From contig OZ024759.1 in assembly GCA_964016885.1 (NCBI GenBank), positions 1,240,001-1,304,000 of the forward strand: a DNA stretch of 64,000 bases, written 5' to 3'. Source of the stretch: Eledone cirrhosa (lineage: Eukaryota). The translations under genes and the position numbers were made by a program. The notes beneath the pieces are model-generated. The model was not told where the DNA came from. It searched no databases and saw nothing but the letters and a program-made list of their open reading frames with translations. The stretch's first letter is position 1. The number at the start of each line of letters is the position of its first letter. Shown piece after piece: positions 15,301 to 32,200 of the stretch.

Positions 15301-16579
15301 ATATTAGTAACATGACACAGTCTATATTAGTAACATGACAAAGTCTATATTAGTAACATGACAAAGTCTATATTAGTAACATGACACAGTGTATATTAGT
15401 AATATGACAGTCTATATTAGTAGCATGACAAAGTCTATATTAGTAACATGACAAAGTCTATATTAGTAACATGACACAGTCTATATTAGTAACATGACAC
15501 AGTCTATATTAGTAACATGACACAGTCTATATTAGTAACATGACAAAGTCTATATTAGTAACATGGCAAAGTCTATATTAGTAACATGACAAAGTCTATA
15601 TTAGTAACATGACAAGGTCTATATTAGTAACATGACACAGTCTATATTAGTAACATGACAAAGTCTATATTAGTAACATGACAGTCTATATTAGTAACAT
15701 GCCAAAGTCTATATTAGTAGCATGACAAAGTCTATATTAGTAGCATGACACAGTCTATATTAGTAACATGACATGGTCTATATTAGTAACATGACACAGT
15801 CTATATTAGTAGCATGACAAAGTCTATATTAGTAACATGACAAAGTCTATATTAGTAACATGACACAGTCTATATTAGTAACATGACACAGTCTATATTA
15901 GTAACATGACAAAGTCTATATTAGTAACATGACACAGTCTATATTAGTAACATGACACAGTCTATATTAGTAACATGACAAAGTCTATATTAGTAGCATG
16001 ACAAAGTCTATATTAGTAACATGACAAAGTCTATATTAGTAACATGACACAGTCTATATTAGTAACATGACAAAGTCTATATTAGTAACATGACGGTCTA
16101 TATTAGTAACATGACAGTCTATATTAGTAGCATGACAAAGTCTATATTAGTAACATGACACAGTCTATATTAGTAACATGACACAGTCTATATTAGTAAT
16201 ATGACAAAGTCTATATTAGTAGCATGACAAAGTCTATATTAGTAACATGACACAGTCTATATTAGTAACATGACAAAGTCTATATTAGTAGCATGACAAA
16301 GTCTATATTAGTAACATAACAAAGTCTATATTAGTAACATGACACAGTCTATATTATTAACATGACAGTCTATATTAGTAACATGACAGTCCATATTAGT
16401 AGCATGACAAAGTCTATATTAGTAATATGACAGTCTATATTAGTAGCATGACAAAGTCTATATTAGTAACATGACAAAGTCTATATTAGTAACATGACAC
16501 AGTCTATATTAGTAACATGACACAGTCTATATTAGTAACATGACACAGTCTATATTAGTAACATGACAAAGTCTATATT

Positions 16580-17215
16580 AGTAACATGACAAAGTCTATA
16601 TTAGTAACATGACAAAGTCTATATTAGTAACATGACTAAGTCTATATTAGTAACATGACACAGTCTATATTAGTAACATGACAGTCTATATTAGTAGCAT
16701 GACAAAGTCTATATTAGTAACATGACAAAGTCTATATTAGTAACATGACGGTCTATATTAGTAACATGACAGTCTATATTAGTAGCATGACAAAGTCTAT
16801 ATTAGTAACATGACACAGTCTATATTAGTAACATGACACAGTCTATATTAGTAACATGACAACGTCTATATTAGTAGCATGACAAAGTCTATATTAGTAA
16901 CATGACAAAGTCTATATTAGTAACATGACAAAGTCTATATTAGTAACATGACTAAGTCTATATTAGTAACATGACACAGTCTATATTAGTAACATGACAG
17001 TCTATATTAGTAGCATGACAAAGTCTATATTAGTAACATGACAAAGTCTATATTAGTAACATGACGGTCTATATTAGTAACATGACAGTCTATATTAGTA
17101 GCATGACAAAGTCTATATTAGTAACATGACACAGTCTATATTAGTAACATGACACAGTCTATATTAGTAACATGACAACGTCTATATTAGTAGCATGACA
17201 AAGTCTATATTAGTA
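16580..17215 (+). repeat. Small local tandem duplication, unit 316 bp (14 monomers: 11x23 + 3x21)
   Basis: GACTAAG occurs at T16637 and T16953, each followed by the same series: ACA, 21-mer, AGC, AAA, GACGG, 21-mer, AGC, ACA, ACA, CAACG. Confidence 0.85.
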
Positions 17216-20200
17216 ACATGACACAGTCTATATTAGTAACATGACAAAGTCTATATTAGTAGCATGACAAAGTCTATATTAGTAACATGACACAGTCTAT
17301 ATTAGTAACATGACAAAGTCTATATTAGTAACATGACAGTCTATATTAGTAACATGACACATTCTATATTAGTAACATGACAAAGTCTATATTAGTAGCA
17401 TGACAAAGTCTATATTAGTAACATGACAGTCTATATTAGTAACATGCCAAAGTCTATATTAGTAGCATGACAAAGTCTATATTAGTAACATGACAAAGTC
17501 TATATTAGTAACATGACAAAGTCTATATTAGTAACATGACACAGTGTATATTAGTAATATGACAGTCTATATTAGTAGCATGACAAAGTCTATATTAGTA
17601 ACATGACAAAGTCTATATTAGTAACATGACACAGTCTATATTAGTAACATGACACAGTCTATATTAGTAACATGACACAGTCTATATTAGTAACATGACA
17701 AAGTCTATATTAGTAACATGGCAAAGTCTATATTAGTAACATGACAAAGTCTATATTAGTAACATGACAAGGTCTATATTAGTAACATGACACAGTCTAT
17801 ATTAGTAACATGACAAAGTCTATATTAGTAACATGACAGTCTATATTAGTAACATGCCAAAGTCTATATTAGTAGCATGACAAAGTCTATATTAGTAGCA
17901 TGACACAGTCTATATTAGTAACATGACATGGTCTATATTAGTAACATGACACAGTCTATATTAGTAGCATGACAAAGTCTATATTAGTAACATGACAAAG
18001 TCTATATTAGTAACATGAGAAAGTCTATATTAGTAACATGACACAGTCTATATTAGTAACATGACAAAGTCTATATTAGTAACATGACACAGTCTATATT
18101 AGTAACATGACACAGTCTATATTAGTAACATGACAAAGTCTATATTAGTAGCATGACAAAGTCTATATTAGTAACATGACAAAGTCTATATTAGTAACAT
18201 GACACAGTCTATATTAGTAACATGACAAAGTCTATATTAGTAACATGACGGTCTATATTAGTAACATGACAGTCCTTATTAGTAGCATGACAAAGTCTAT
18301 ATTAGTAACATGACACAGTCTATATTAGTAACATGACACAGTCTATATTAGTAATATGACAAAGTCTATATTAGTAGCATGACAAAGTCTATATTAGTAA
18401 CATGACACAGTCTATATTAGTAACATGACAAAGTCTATATTAGTAGCATGACAAAGTCTATATTAGTAACATGACACAGTCTATATTAGTAACATGACAC
18501 AGTCTATATTAGTAACATGACAGTCTATATTAGTAACATGACAGTCCATATTAGTAGCATGACAAAGTCTATATTAGTAATATGACAGTCTATATTAGTA
18601 GCATGACAAAGTCTATATTAGTAACATGACAAAGTCTATATTAGTAACATGACACAGTCTATATTAGTAACATGACACAGTCTATATTAGTAACATGACA
18701 CAGTCTATATTAGTAACATGACAAAGTCTATATTAGTAACATGACAAAGTCTATATTAGTAACATGACAAAGTCTATATTAGTAACATGACTAAGTCTAT
18801 ATTAGTAACATGACACAGTCTATATTAGTAACATGACAGTCTATATTAGTAGCATGACAAAGTCTATATTAGTAACATGACACAGTCTATATTAGTAGCA
18901 TGACAAAGTCTATATTAGTAGCATGACACAGTCTATATTAGTAACATGACATGGTCTATATTAGTAACATGACACAGTCTATATTAGTAGCATGACAAAG
19001 TCTATATTAGTAACATGACAAAGTCTATATTAGTAACATGAGAAAGTCTATATTAGTAACATGACACAGTCTATATTAGTAACATGACAAAGTCTATATT
19101 AGTAACATGACACAGTCTATATTAGTAACATGACACAGTCTATATTAGTAACATGACAAAGTCTATATTAGTAGCATGACAAAGTCTATATTAGTAACAT
19201 GACAAAGTCTATATTAGTAACATGACGGTCTATATTAGTAACATGACAGTCTATATTAGTAGCATGACAAAGTCTATATTAGTAACATGACACAGTCTAT
19301 ATTAGTAACATGACACAGTCTATATTAGTAATATGACAATGTCTATATTAGTAGCATGACAAAGTCTATATTAGTAACATGACACAGTCTATATTAGTAA
19401 CATGACAAAGTCTATATTAGTAGCATGACAAAGTCTATATTAGTAACATGACACAGTCTATATTAGTAACATGACAAAGTCTATATTAGTAACATGACGG
19501 TCTATATTAGTAACATGACAGTCTATATTAGTAGCATGACAATGTCTATATTAGTAACATGACACAGTCTATATTAGTAACATGACACAGTCTATATTAG
19601 TAACATGACAACGTCTATATTAGTAGCATGACAAAGTCTATATTAGTAACATGACACAGTCTATATTAGTAACATGACAAAGTCTATATTAGTAGCATGA
19701 CAAAGTCTATATTAGTAACATGACACAGTCTATATTAGTAACATGACAAAGTCTATATTAGTAACATGACAAAGTCTATATTAGTAACATGACAAAGTCT
19801 ATATTAGTAACATGACACAGTCTATATTAGTAACATGACAAAGTCTATATTAGTAACATGACAGTCTATATTAGTAGCATGACAAAGTCTATATTAGTAA
19901 CATGACAAAGTCTATATTAGTAACATGACACAGTCTATATTAGTAACATGACACAGTCTATATTAGTAACATGACAGTCTATATTAGTAACATGACAAAG
20001 TCTATATTAGTAACATGGCAAAGTCTATGTTAGTAACATGACAAAGTCTATATTAGTAACATGACAGTCTATATTAGTAACATGACACATTCTATATTAG
20101 TAACATGACAAAGTCTATATTAGTAGCATGACAAAGTCTATATTAGTAACATGACAGTCTATATTAGTAACATGCCAAAGTCTATATTAGTAGCATGACA

Positions 20201-23200
20201 AAGTCTATATTAGTAACATGACACAGTCTATATTAGTAACATGACAAAGTCTATATTAGTAACATGACAAAGTCTATATTAGTAACATGACACAGTGTAT
20301 ATTAGTAATATGACAGTCTATATTAGTAGCATGACAAAGTCTATATTAGTAACATGACAAAGTCTATATTAGTAACATGACACAGTCTATATTAGTAACA
20401 TGACACAGTCTATATTAGTAACATGACACAGTCTATATTAGTAACATGACAAAGTCTATATTAGTAACATGGCAAAGTCTATATTAGTAACATGACAAAG
20501 TCTAGATTAGTAACATGACAAGGTCTATATTAGTAACATGACACAGTCTATATTAGTAACATGACAAAGTCTATATTAGTAACATGACAGTCTATATTAG
20601 TAACATGCCAAAGTCTATATTAGTAGCATGACAAAGTCTATATTAGTAGCATGACACAGTCTATATTAGTAACATGACATGGTCTATATTAGTAACATGA
20701 CACAGTCTATATTAGTAGCATGACAAAGTCTATATTAGTAACATGACAAAGTCTATATTAGTAACATGACACAGTCTATATTAGTAACATGACACAGTCT
20801 ATATTAGTAACATGACAAAGTCTATATTAGTAACATGACACAGTCTATATTTGTAACATGACACAGTCTATATTAGTAACATGACAAAGTCTATATTAGT
20901 AGCATGACAAAGTCTATATTAGTAACATGACAAAGTCTATATTAGTAACATGACACAGTCTATATTAGTAACATGACAAAGTCTATATTAGTAACATGAC
21001 GGTCTATATTAGTAACATGACAGTCTATATTAGTAGCATGACAAAGTCTATATTAGTAACATGACACAGTCTATATTAGTAACATGACACAGTCTATATT
21101 AGTAATATGACAAAGTCTATATTAGTAGCATGACAAAGTCTATATTAGTAACATGACACAGTCTATATTAGTAACATGACAAAGTCTATATTAGTAGCAT
21201 GACAAAGTCTATATTAGTAACATGACAAAGTCTATATTAGTAACATGACACAGTCTATATTAGTAACATGACAGTCTATATTAGTAACATGACAGTCCAT
21301 ATTAGTAGCATGACAAAGTCTATATTAGTAATATGACAGTCTATATTAGTAGCATGACAAAGTCTATATTAGTAACATGACAAAGTCTATATTAGTAACA
21401 TGACACAGTCTATATTAGTAACATGACACAGTCTATATTAGTAACATGACACAGTCTATATTAGTAACATGACAAAGTCTATATTAGTAACATGACAAAG
21501 TCTATATTAGTAACATGACAAAGTCTATATTAGTAACATGACTAAGTCTATATTAGTAACATGACACAGTCTATATTAGTAACATGACAGTCTATATTAG
21601 TAGCATGACAAAGTCTATATTAGTAACATGACACAGTCTATATTAGTAGCATGACAAAGTCTATATTAGTAGCATGACACAGTCTATATTAGTAACATGA
21701 CATGGTCTATATTAGTAACATGACACAGTCTATATTAGTAGCATGACAAAGTCTATATTAGTAACATGACAAAGTCTATATTAGTAACATGAGAAAGTCT
21801 ATATTAGTAACATGACACAGTCTATATTAGTAACATGACAAAGTCTATATTAGTAACATGACACAGTCTATATTAGTAACATGACACAGTCTATATTAGT
21901 AACATGACAAAGTCTATATTAGTAGCATGACAAAGTCTATATTAGTAACATGACAAAGTCTATATTAGTAACATGACACAGTCTATATTAGTAACATGAC
22001 AAAGTCTATATTAGTAACATGACGGTCTATATTAGTAACATGACAGTCTATATTAGTAGCATGACAAAGTCTATATTAGTAACATGACACAGTCTATATT
22101 AGTAACATGACACAGTCTATATTAGTAATATGACAAAGTCTATATTAGTAGCATGACAAAGTCTATATTAGTAACATGACACAGTCTATATTAGTAACAT
22201 GACAAAGTCTATATTAGTAGCATGACAAAGTCTATATTAGTAACATGACAAAGTCTATATTAGTAACATGACACAGTCTATATTAGTAACATGACAGTCT
22301 ATATTAGTAACATGACAGTCCATATTAGTAGCATGACACAGTCTATATTAGTAACATGACAAAGTCTATATTAGTAACATGACAAAGTCTATATTAGTAA
22401 CATGACAAAGTCTATATTAGTAACATGACTAAGTCTATATTAGTAACATGACACAGTCTATATTAGTAACATGACAGTCTATATTAGTAGCATGACAAAG
22501 TCTATATTAGAAACATGACAAAGTCTATATTAGTAACATGACACAGTCTATATTAGTAACATGACACAGTCTATATTAGTAACATGACAGTCTATATTAG
22601 TAACATGACAAAGTCTATATTAGTAACATGGCAAAGTCTATGTTAGTAACATGACAAAGTCTATATTAGTAACATGACAGTCTATATTAGTAACATGACA
22701 CATTCTATATTAGTAACATGACAAAGTCTATATTAGTAGCATGACAAAGTCTATATTAGTAACATGACAGTCTATATTAGTAACATGCCAAAGTCTATAT
22801 TAGTAGCATGACAAAGTCTATATTAGTAACATGACACAGTCTATATTAGTAACATGACACAGTCTATATTAGTAACATGACACAGTCTATATTAGTAGCA
22901 TGACAAAGTCTATATTAGTAACATGACAAAGTCTATATTAGCAACATGACAAAGTCTATATTAGTAACATGACAAAGTCTATATTAGTAACATGACACAG
23001 TGTATATTAGTAATATGACAGTCTATATTAGTAGCATGACAAAGTCTATATTAGTAACATGACAAAGTCTATATTAGTAACATGACACAGTCTATATTAG
23101 TAACATGACACAGTCTATATTAGTAACATGACACAGTCTATATTAGTAACATGACAAAGTCTATATTAGTAACATGGCAAAGTCTATATTAGTAACATGA

Positions 23201-26200
23201 CAACGTCTATATTAGTAACATGACAAGGTCTATATTAGTAACATGACACAGTCTATATTAGTAACATGACAAAGTCTATATTAGTAACATGACAGTCTAT
23301 ATTAGTAACATGCCAAAGTCTATATTAGTAGCATGACAAAGTCTATATTAGTAGCATGACACAGTCTATATTAGTAACATGACATAGTCTATATTAGTAA
23401 CATGACACAGTCTATATTAGTAGCATGACAAAGTCTATATTAGTAACATGACAAAGTCTATATTAGTAACATGAGAAAGTCTATATTAGTAATATGACAC
23501 AGTCTATATTAGTAACATGACAAAGTCTATATTAGTAACATGACACAGTCTATATTAGTAACATGACACAGTCTATATTAGTAACATGACAAAGTCTATA
23601 TTAGTAGCATGACAAAGTCTATATTAGTAACATGACAAAGTCTATATTAGTAACATGACACAGTCTATATTAGTAACATGACAAAGTCTATATTAGTAAC
23701 ATGACGGTCTATATTAGTAACATGACAGTCTATATTAGTAGCATGACAAAGTCTATATTAGTAACATGACACAGTCTATATCAGTAACATGACACAGTCT
23801 ATATTAGTAACATGACAAAGTCTATATTAGTAGCATGACAAAGTCTATATTAGTAACATGACACAGTCTATATTAGTAACATGACAAAGTCTATATTAGT
23901 AGCATGACAAAGTCTATATTAGTAACATGACAAAGTCTATATTAGTAACATGACACACTCTATATTAGTAACATGACAGTCTATATTAGTAACATGACAG
24001 TCCATATTAGTAGCATGACAAAGTCTATATTAGTAACATGACAAAGTCTATATTACTAACATGACACAGTCTATATTAGTAACATGACACAGTCTATATT
24101 AGTAACATGACAAAGTCTATATTAGTAGCATGACAAAGTCTATATTAGTAACATGACAAAGTCTATATTAGTAACATGACGGTCTATATTAGTAACATGA
24201 CAGTCTATATTAGTAGCATGACAAAGTCTATATTAGTAACATGACACAGTCTATATTAGTAACATGACACAGTCTATATTAGTAACATGACAAAGTCTAT
24301 ATTAGTAGCATGACAAAGTCTATATTAGTAACATGACACAGTCTATATTAGTAACATGACAAAGTCTATATTAGTAGCATGACAAAGTCTATATTAGTAA
24401 CATGACAAAGTCTATATTAGTAACATGACACAGTCTATATTAGTAACATGACAAAGTCTATATTAGTAACATGACGGTCTATATTAGTAACATGACAGTC
24501 TATATTAGTAGCATGACAATGTCTATATTAGTAACATGACACAGTCTATATTAGTAACATGACACAGTCTATATTAGTAACATGACAACGTCTATATTAG
24601 TAGCATGACAAAGTCTATATTAGTAACATGACACAGTCTATATTAGTAACATGACAAAGTCTATATTAGTAGCATGACAAAGTCTATATTAGTAACATGA
24701 CACAGTCTATATTAGGAACATGACAAAGTCTATATTAGTAACATGACAAAGTCTATATTAGTAACATGACAAAGTCTATATTAGTAACATGACACAGTCT
24801 ATATTAGTAACATGACAAAGTCTATATTAGTAACATGACAGTCTATATTAGTAGCATGACAAAGTCTATATTAGTAACATGACAAAGTCTATATTAGTAA
24901 CATGACACAGTCTATATTAGTAACATGACACAGTCTATATTAGTAACATGACAGTCTATATTAGTAACATGACAAAGTCTATATTAGTAACATGGCAAAG
25001 TCTATGTTAGTAACATGACAAAGTCTATATTAGTAACATGACAGTCTATATTAGTAACATGACACATTCTATATTAGTAACATGACAAAGTCTATATTAG
25101 TAGCATGACAAAGTCTATATTAGTAACATGACAGTCTATATTAGTAACATGCCAAAGTCTATATTAGTAGCATGACAAAGTCTATATTAGTAACATGACA
25201 CAGTCTATATTAGTAACATGACAAAGTCTATATTAGTAACATGACAAAGTCTATATTAGTAACATGACACAGTGTATATTAGTAATATGACAGTCTATAT
25301 TAGTAGCATGACAAAGTCTATATTAGTAACATGACAAAGTCTATATTAGTAACATGACGGTCTATATTAGTAACATGACAGTCTATATTAGTAGCATGAC
25401 AATGTCTATATTAGTAACATGACACAGTCTATATTAGTAACATGACACAGTCTATATTAGTAACATGACAACGTCTATATTAGTAGCATGACAAAGTCTA
25501 TATTAGTAACATGACACAGTCTATATTAGTAACATGACAAAGTCTATATTAGTAGCATGACAAAGTCTATATTAGTAACATGACACAGTCTATATTAGTA
25601 GCATGACAAAGTCTATATTAGTAACATGACAAAGTCTATATTAGTAACATGACGGTCTATATTAGTAACATGACAGTCTATATTAGTAGCATGACAAAGT
25701 CTATATTAGTAACATGACACAGTCTATATTAGTAACATGACACAGTCTATATTAGTAACATGACAACGTCTATATTAGTAGCATGACAAAGTCTATATTA
25801 GTAACATGACACAGTCTATATTAGTAACATGACAAAGTCTATATTAGTAGCATGACAAAGTCTATATTAGTAACATGACACAGTCTATATTAGTAACATG
25901 ACAAAGTCTATATTAGTAACATGACAGTCTATATTAGTAACATGACACATTCTATATTAGTAACATGACAAAGTCTATATTAGTAGCATGACAAAGTCTA
26001 TATTAGTAACATGACAGTCTATATTAGTAACATGCCAAAGTCTATATTAGTAGCATGACAAAGTCTATATTAGTAACATGACAAAGTCTATATTAGTAAC
26101 ATGACAAAGTCTATATTAGTAACATGACACAGTGTATATTAGTAATATGACAGTCTATATTAGTAGCATGACAAAGTCTATATTAGTAACATGACAAAGT

Positions 26201-29200
26201 CTATATTAGTAACATGACACAGTCTATATTAGTAACATGACACAGTCTATATTAGTAACATGACACAGTCTATATTAGTAACATGACAAAGTCTATATTA
26301 GTAACATGGCAAAGTCTATATTAGTAACATGACAAAGTCTATATTAGTAACATGACAAGGTCTATATTAGTAACATGACACAGTCTATATTAGTAACATG
26401 ACAAAGTCTATATTAGTAACATGACAGTCTATATTAGTAACATGCCAAAGTCTATATTAGTAGCATGACAAAGTCTATATTAGTAGCATGACACAGTCTA
26501 TATTAGTAACATGACATGGTCTATATTAGTAACATGACACAGTCTATATTAGTAGCATGACAAAGTCTATATTAGTAACATGACAAAGTCTATATTAGTA
26601 ACATGAGAAAGTCTATATTAGTAACATGACACAGTCTATATTAGTAACATGACAAAGTCTATATTAGTAACATGACACAGTCTATATTAGTAACATGACA
26701 CAGTCTATATTAGTAACATGACAAAGTCTATATTAGTAGCATGACAAAGTCTATATTAGTAACATGACAAAGTCTATATTAGTAACATGACACAGTCTAT
26801 ATTAGTAACATGACAAAGTCTATATTAGTAACATGACGGTCTATATTAGTAACATGACAGTCCTTATTAGTAGCATGACAAAGTCTATATTAGTAACATG
26901 ACACAGTCTATATTAGTAACATGACACAGTCTATATTAGTAATATGACAAAGTCTATATTAGTAGCATGACAAAGTCTATATTAGTAACATGACACAGTC
27001 TATATTAGTAACATGACAAAGTCTATATTAGTAGCATGACAAAGTCTATATTAGTAACATGACACAGTCTATATTAGTAACATGACACAGTCTATATTAG
27101 TAACATGACAGTCTATATTAGTAACATGACAGTCCATATTAGTAGCATGACAAAGTCTATATTAGTAATATGACAGTCTATATTAGTAGCATGACAAAGT
27201 CTATATTAGTAACATGACAAAGTCTATATTAGTAACATGACACAGTCTATATTAGTAACATGACACAGTCTATATTAGTAACATGACACAGTCTATATTA
27301 GTAACATGACAAAGTCTATATTAGTAACATGACAAAGTCTATATTAGTAACATGACAAAGTCTATATTAGTAACATGACTAAGTCTATATTAGTAACATG
27401 ACACAGTCTATATTAGTAACATGACAGTCTATATTAGTAGCATGACAAAGTCTATATTAGTAACATGACACAGTCTATATTAGTAGCATGACAAAGTCTA
27501 TATTAGTAGCATGACACAGTCTATATTAGTAACATGACATGGTCTATATTAGTAACATGACACAGTCTATATTAGTAGCATGACAAAGTCTATATTAGTA
27601 ACATGACAAAGTCTATATTAGTAACATGAGAAAGTCTATATTAGTAACATGACACAGTCTATATTAGTAACATGACAAAGTCTATATTAGTAACATGACA
27701 CAGTCTATATTAGTAACATGACACAGTCTATATTAGTAACATGACAAAGTCTATATTAGTAGCATGACAAAGTCTATATTAGTAACATGACAAAGTCTAT
27801 ATTAGTAACATGACGGTCTATATTAGTAACATGACAGTCTATATTAGTAGCATGACAAAGTCTATATTAGTAACATGACACAGTCTATATTAGTAACATG
27901 ACACAGTCTATATTAGTAATATGACAATGTCTATATTAGTAGCATGACAAAGTCTATATTAGTAACATGACACAGTCTATATTAGTAACATGACAAAGTC
28001 TATATTAGTAGCATGACAAAGTCTATATTAGTAACATGACACAGTCTATATTAGTAACATGACAAAGTCTATATTAGTAACATGACGGTCTATATTAGTA
28101 ACATGACAGTCTATATTAGTAGCATGACAATGTCTATATTAGTAACATGACACAGTCTATATTAGTAACATGACACAGTCTATATTAGTAACATGACAAC
28201 GTCTATATTAGTAGCATGACAAAGTCTATATTAGTAACATGACACAGTCTATATTAGTAACATGACAAAGTCTATATTAGTAGCATGACAAAGTCTATAT
28301 TAGTAACATGACACAGTCTATATTAGTAACATGACAAAGTCTATATTAGTAACATGACAAAGTCTATATTAGTAACATGACAAAGTCTATATTAGTAACA
28401 TGACACAGTCTATATTAGTAACATGACAAAGTCTATATTAGTAACATGACAGTCTATATTAGTAGCATGACAAAGTCTATATTAGTAACATGACAAAGTC
28501 TATATTAGTAACATGACACAGTCTATATTAGTAACATGACACAGTCTATATTAGTAACATGACAGTCTATATTAGTAACATGACAAAGTCTATATTAGTA
28601 ACATGGCAAAGTCTATGTTAGTAACATGACAAAGTCTATATTAGTAACATGACAGTCTATATTAGTAACATGACACATTCTATATTAGTAACATGACAAA
28701 GTCTATATTAGTAGCATGACAAAGTCTATATTAGTAACATGACAGTCTATATTAGTAACATGCCAAAGTCTATATTAGTAGCATGACAAAGTCTATATTA
28801 GTAACATGACACAGTCTATATTAGTAACATGACAAAGTCTATATTAGTAACATGACAAAGTCTATATTAGTAACATGACACAGTGTATATTAGTAATATG
28901 ACAGTCTATATTAGTAGCATGACAAAGTCTATATTAGTAACATGACAAAGTCTATATTAGTAACATGACACAGTCTATATTAGTAACATGACACAGTCTA
29001 TATTAGTAACATGACACAGTCTATATTAGTAACATGACAAAGTCTATATTAGTAACATGGCAAAGTCTATATTAGTAACATGACAAAGTCTATATTAGTA
29101 ACATGACAAGGTCTATATTAGTAACATGACACAGTCTATATTAGTAACATGACAAAGTCTATATTAGTAACATGACAGTCTATATTAGTAACATGCCAAA

Positions 29201-32200
29201 GTCTATATTAGTAGCATGACAAAGTCTATATTAGTAGCATGACACAGTCTATATTAGTAACATGACATGGTCTATATTAGTAACATGACACAGTCTATAT
29301 TAGTAGCATGACAAAGTCTATATTAGTAACATGACAAAGTCTATATTAGTAACATGACACAGTCTATATTAGTAACATGACACAGTCTATATTAGTAACA
29401 TGACAAAGTCTATATTAGTAACATGACACAGTCTATATTAGTAACATGACACAGTCTATATTAGTAACATGACAAAGTCTATATTAGTAGCATGACAAAG
29501 TCTATATTAGTAACATGACAAAGTCTATATTAGTAACATGACACAGTCTATATTAGTAACATGACAAAGTCTATATTAGTAACATGACGGTCTATATTAG
29601 TAACATGACAGTCTATATTAGTAGCATGACAAAGTCTATATTAGTAACATGACACAGTCTATATTAGTAACATGACACAGTCTATATTAGTAATATGACA
29701 AAGTCTATATTAGTAGCATGACAAAGTCTATATTAGTAACATGACACAGTCTATATTAGTAACATGACAAAGTCTATATTAGTAGCATGACAAAGTCTAT
29801 ATTAGTAACATGACAAAGTCTATATTAGTAACATGACACAGTCTATATTAGTAACATGACAGTCTATATTAGTAACATGACAGTCCATATTAGTAGCATG
29901 ACAAAGTCTATATTAGTAATATGACAGTCTATATTAGTAGCATGACAAAGTCTATATTAGTAACATGACAAAGTCTATATTAGTAACATGACACAGTCTA
30001 TATTAGTAACATGACACAGTCTATATTAGTAACATGACACAGTCTATATTAGTAACATGACAAAGTCTATATTAGTAACATGACAAAGTCTATATTAGTA
30101 ACATGACAAAGTCTATATTAGTAACATGACTAAGTCTATATTAGTAACATGACACAGTCTATATTAGTAACATGACAGTCTATATTAGTAGCATGACAAA
30201 GTCTATATTAGTAACATGACACAGTCTATATTAGTAGCATGACAAAGTCTATATTAGTAGCATGACACAGTCTATATTAGTAACATGACATGGTCTATAT
30301 TAGTAACATGACACAGTCTATATTAGTAGCATGACAAAGTCTATATTAGTAACATGACAAAGTCTATATTAGTAACATGAGAAAGTCTATATTAGTAACA
30401 TGACACAGTCTATATTAGTAACATGACAAAGTCTATATTAGTAACATGACACAGTCTATATTAGTAACATGACACAGTCTATATTAGTAACATGACAAAG
30501 TCTATATTAGTAGCATGACAAAGTCTATATTAGTAACATGACAAAGTCTATATTAGTAACATGACACAGTCTATATTAGTAACATGACAAAGTCTATATT
30601 AGTAACATGACGGTCTATATTAGTAACATGACAGTCTATATTAGTAGCATGACAAAGTCTATATTAGTAACATGACACAGTCTATATTAGTAACATGACA
30701 CAGTCTATATTAGTAATATGACAAAGTCTATATTAGTAGCATGACAAAGTCTATATTAGTAACATGACACAGTCTATATTAGTAACATGACAAAGTCTAT
30801 ATTAGTAGCATGACAAAGTCTATATTAGTAACATGACAAAGTCTATATTAGTAACATGACACAGTCTATATTAGTAACATGACAGTCTATATTAGTAACA
30901 TGACAGTCCATATTAGTAGCATGACACAGTCTATATTAGTAACATGACAAAGTCTATATTAGTAACATGACAAAGTCTATATTAGTAACATGACAAAGTC
31001 TATATTAGTAACATGACTAAGTCTATATTAGTAACATGACACAGTCTATATTAGTAACATGACAGTCTATATTAGTAGCATGACAAAGTCTATATTAGAA
31101 ACATGACAAAGTCTATATTAGTAACATGACACAGTCTATATTAGTAACATGACACAGTCTATATTAGTAACATGACAGTCTATATTAGTAACATGACAAA
31201 GTCTATATTAGTAACATGGCAAAGTCTATGTTAGTAACATGACAAAGTCTATATTAGTAACATGACAGTCTATATTAGTAACATGACACATTCTATATTA
31301 GTAACATGACAAAGTCTATATTAGTAGCATGACAAAGTCTATATTAGTAACATGACAGTCTATATTAGTAACATGCCAAAGTCTATATTAGTAGCATGAC
31401 AAAGTCTATATTAGTAACATGACACAGTCTATATTAGTAACATGACACAGTCTATATTAGTAACATGACACAGTCTATATTAGTAGCATGACAAAGTCTA
31501 TATTAGTAACATGACAAAGTCTATATTAGCAACATGACAAAGTCTATATTAGTAACATGACAAAGTCTATATTAGTAACATGACACAGTGTATATTAGTA
31601 ATATGACAGTCTATATTAGTAGCATGACAAAGTCTATATTAGTAACATGACAAAGTCTATATTAGTAACATGACACAGTCTATATTAGTAACATGACACA
31701 GTCTATATTAGTAACATGACACAGTCTATATTAGTAACATGACAAAGTCTATATTAGTAACATGGCAAAGTCTATATTAGTAACATGACAACGTCTATAT
31801 TAGTAACATGACAAGGTCTATATTAGTAACATGACACAGTCTATATTAGTAACATGACAAAGTCTATATTAGTAACATGACAGTCTATATTAGTAACATG
31901 CCAAAGTCTATATTAGTAGCATGACAAAGTCTATATTAGTAGCATGACACAGTCTATATTAGTAACATGACATAGTCTATATTAGTAACATGACACAGTC
32001 TATATTAGTAGCATGACAAAGTCTATATTAGTAACATGACAAAGTCTATATTAGTAACATGAGAAAGTCTATATTAGTAATATGACACAGTCTATATTAG
32101 TAACATGACAAAGTCTATATTAGTAACATGACACAGTCTATATTAGTAACATGACACAGTCTATATTAGTAACATGACAAAGTCTATATTAGTAGCATGA

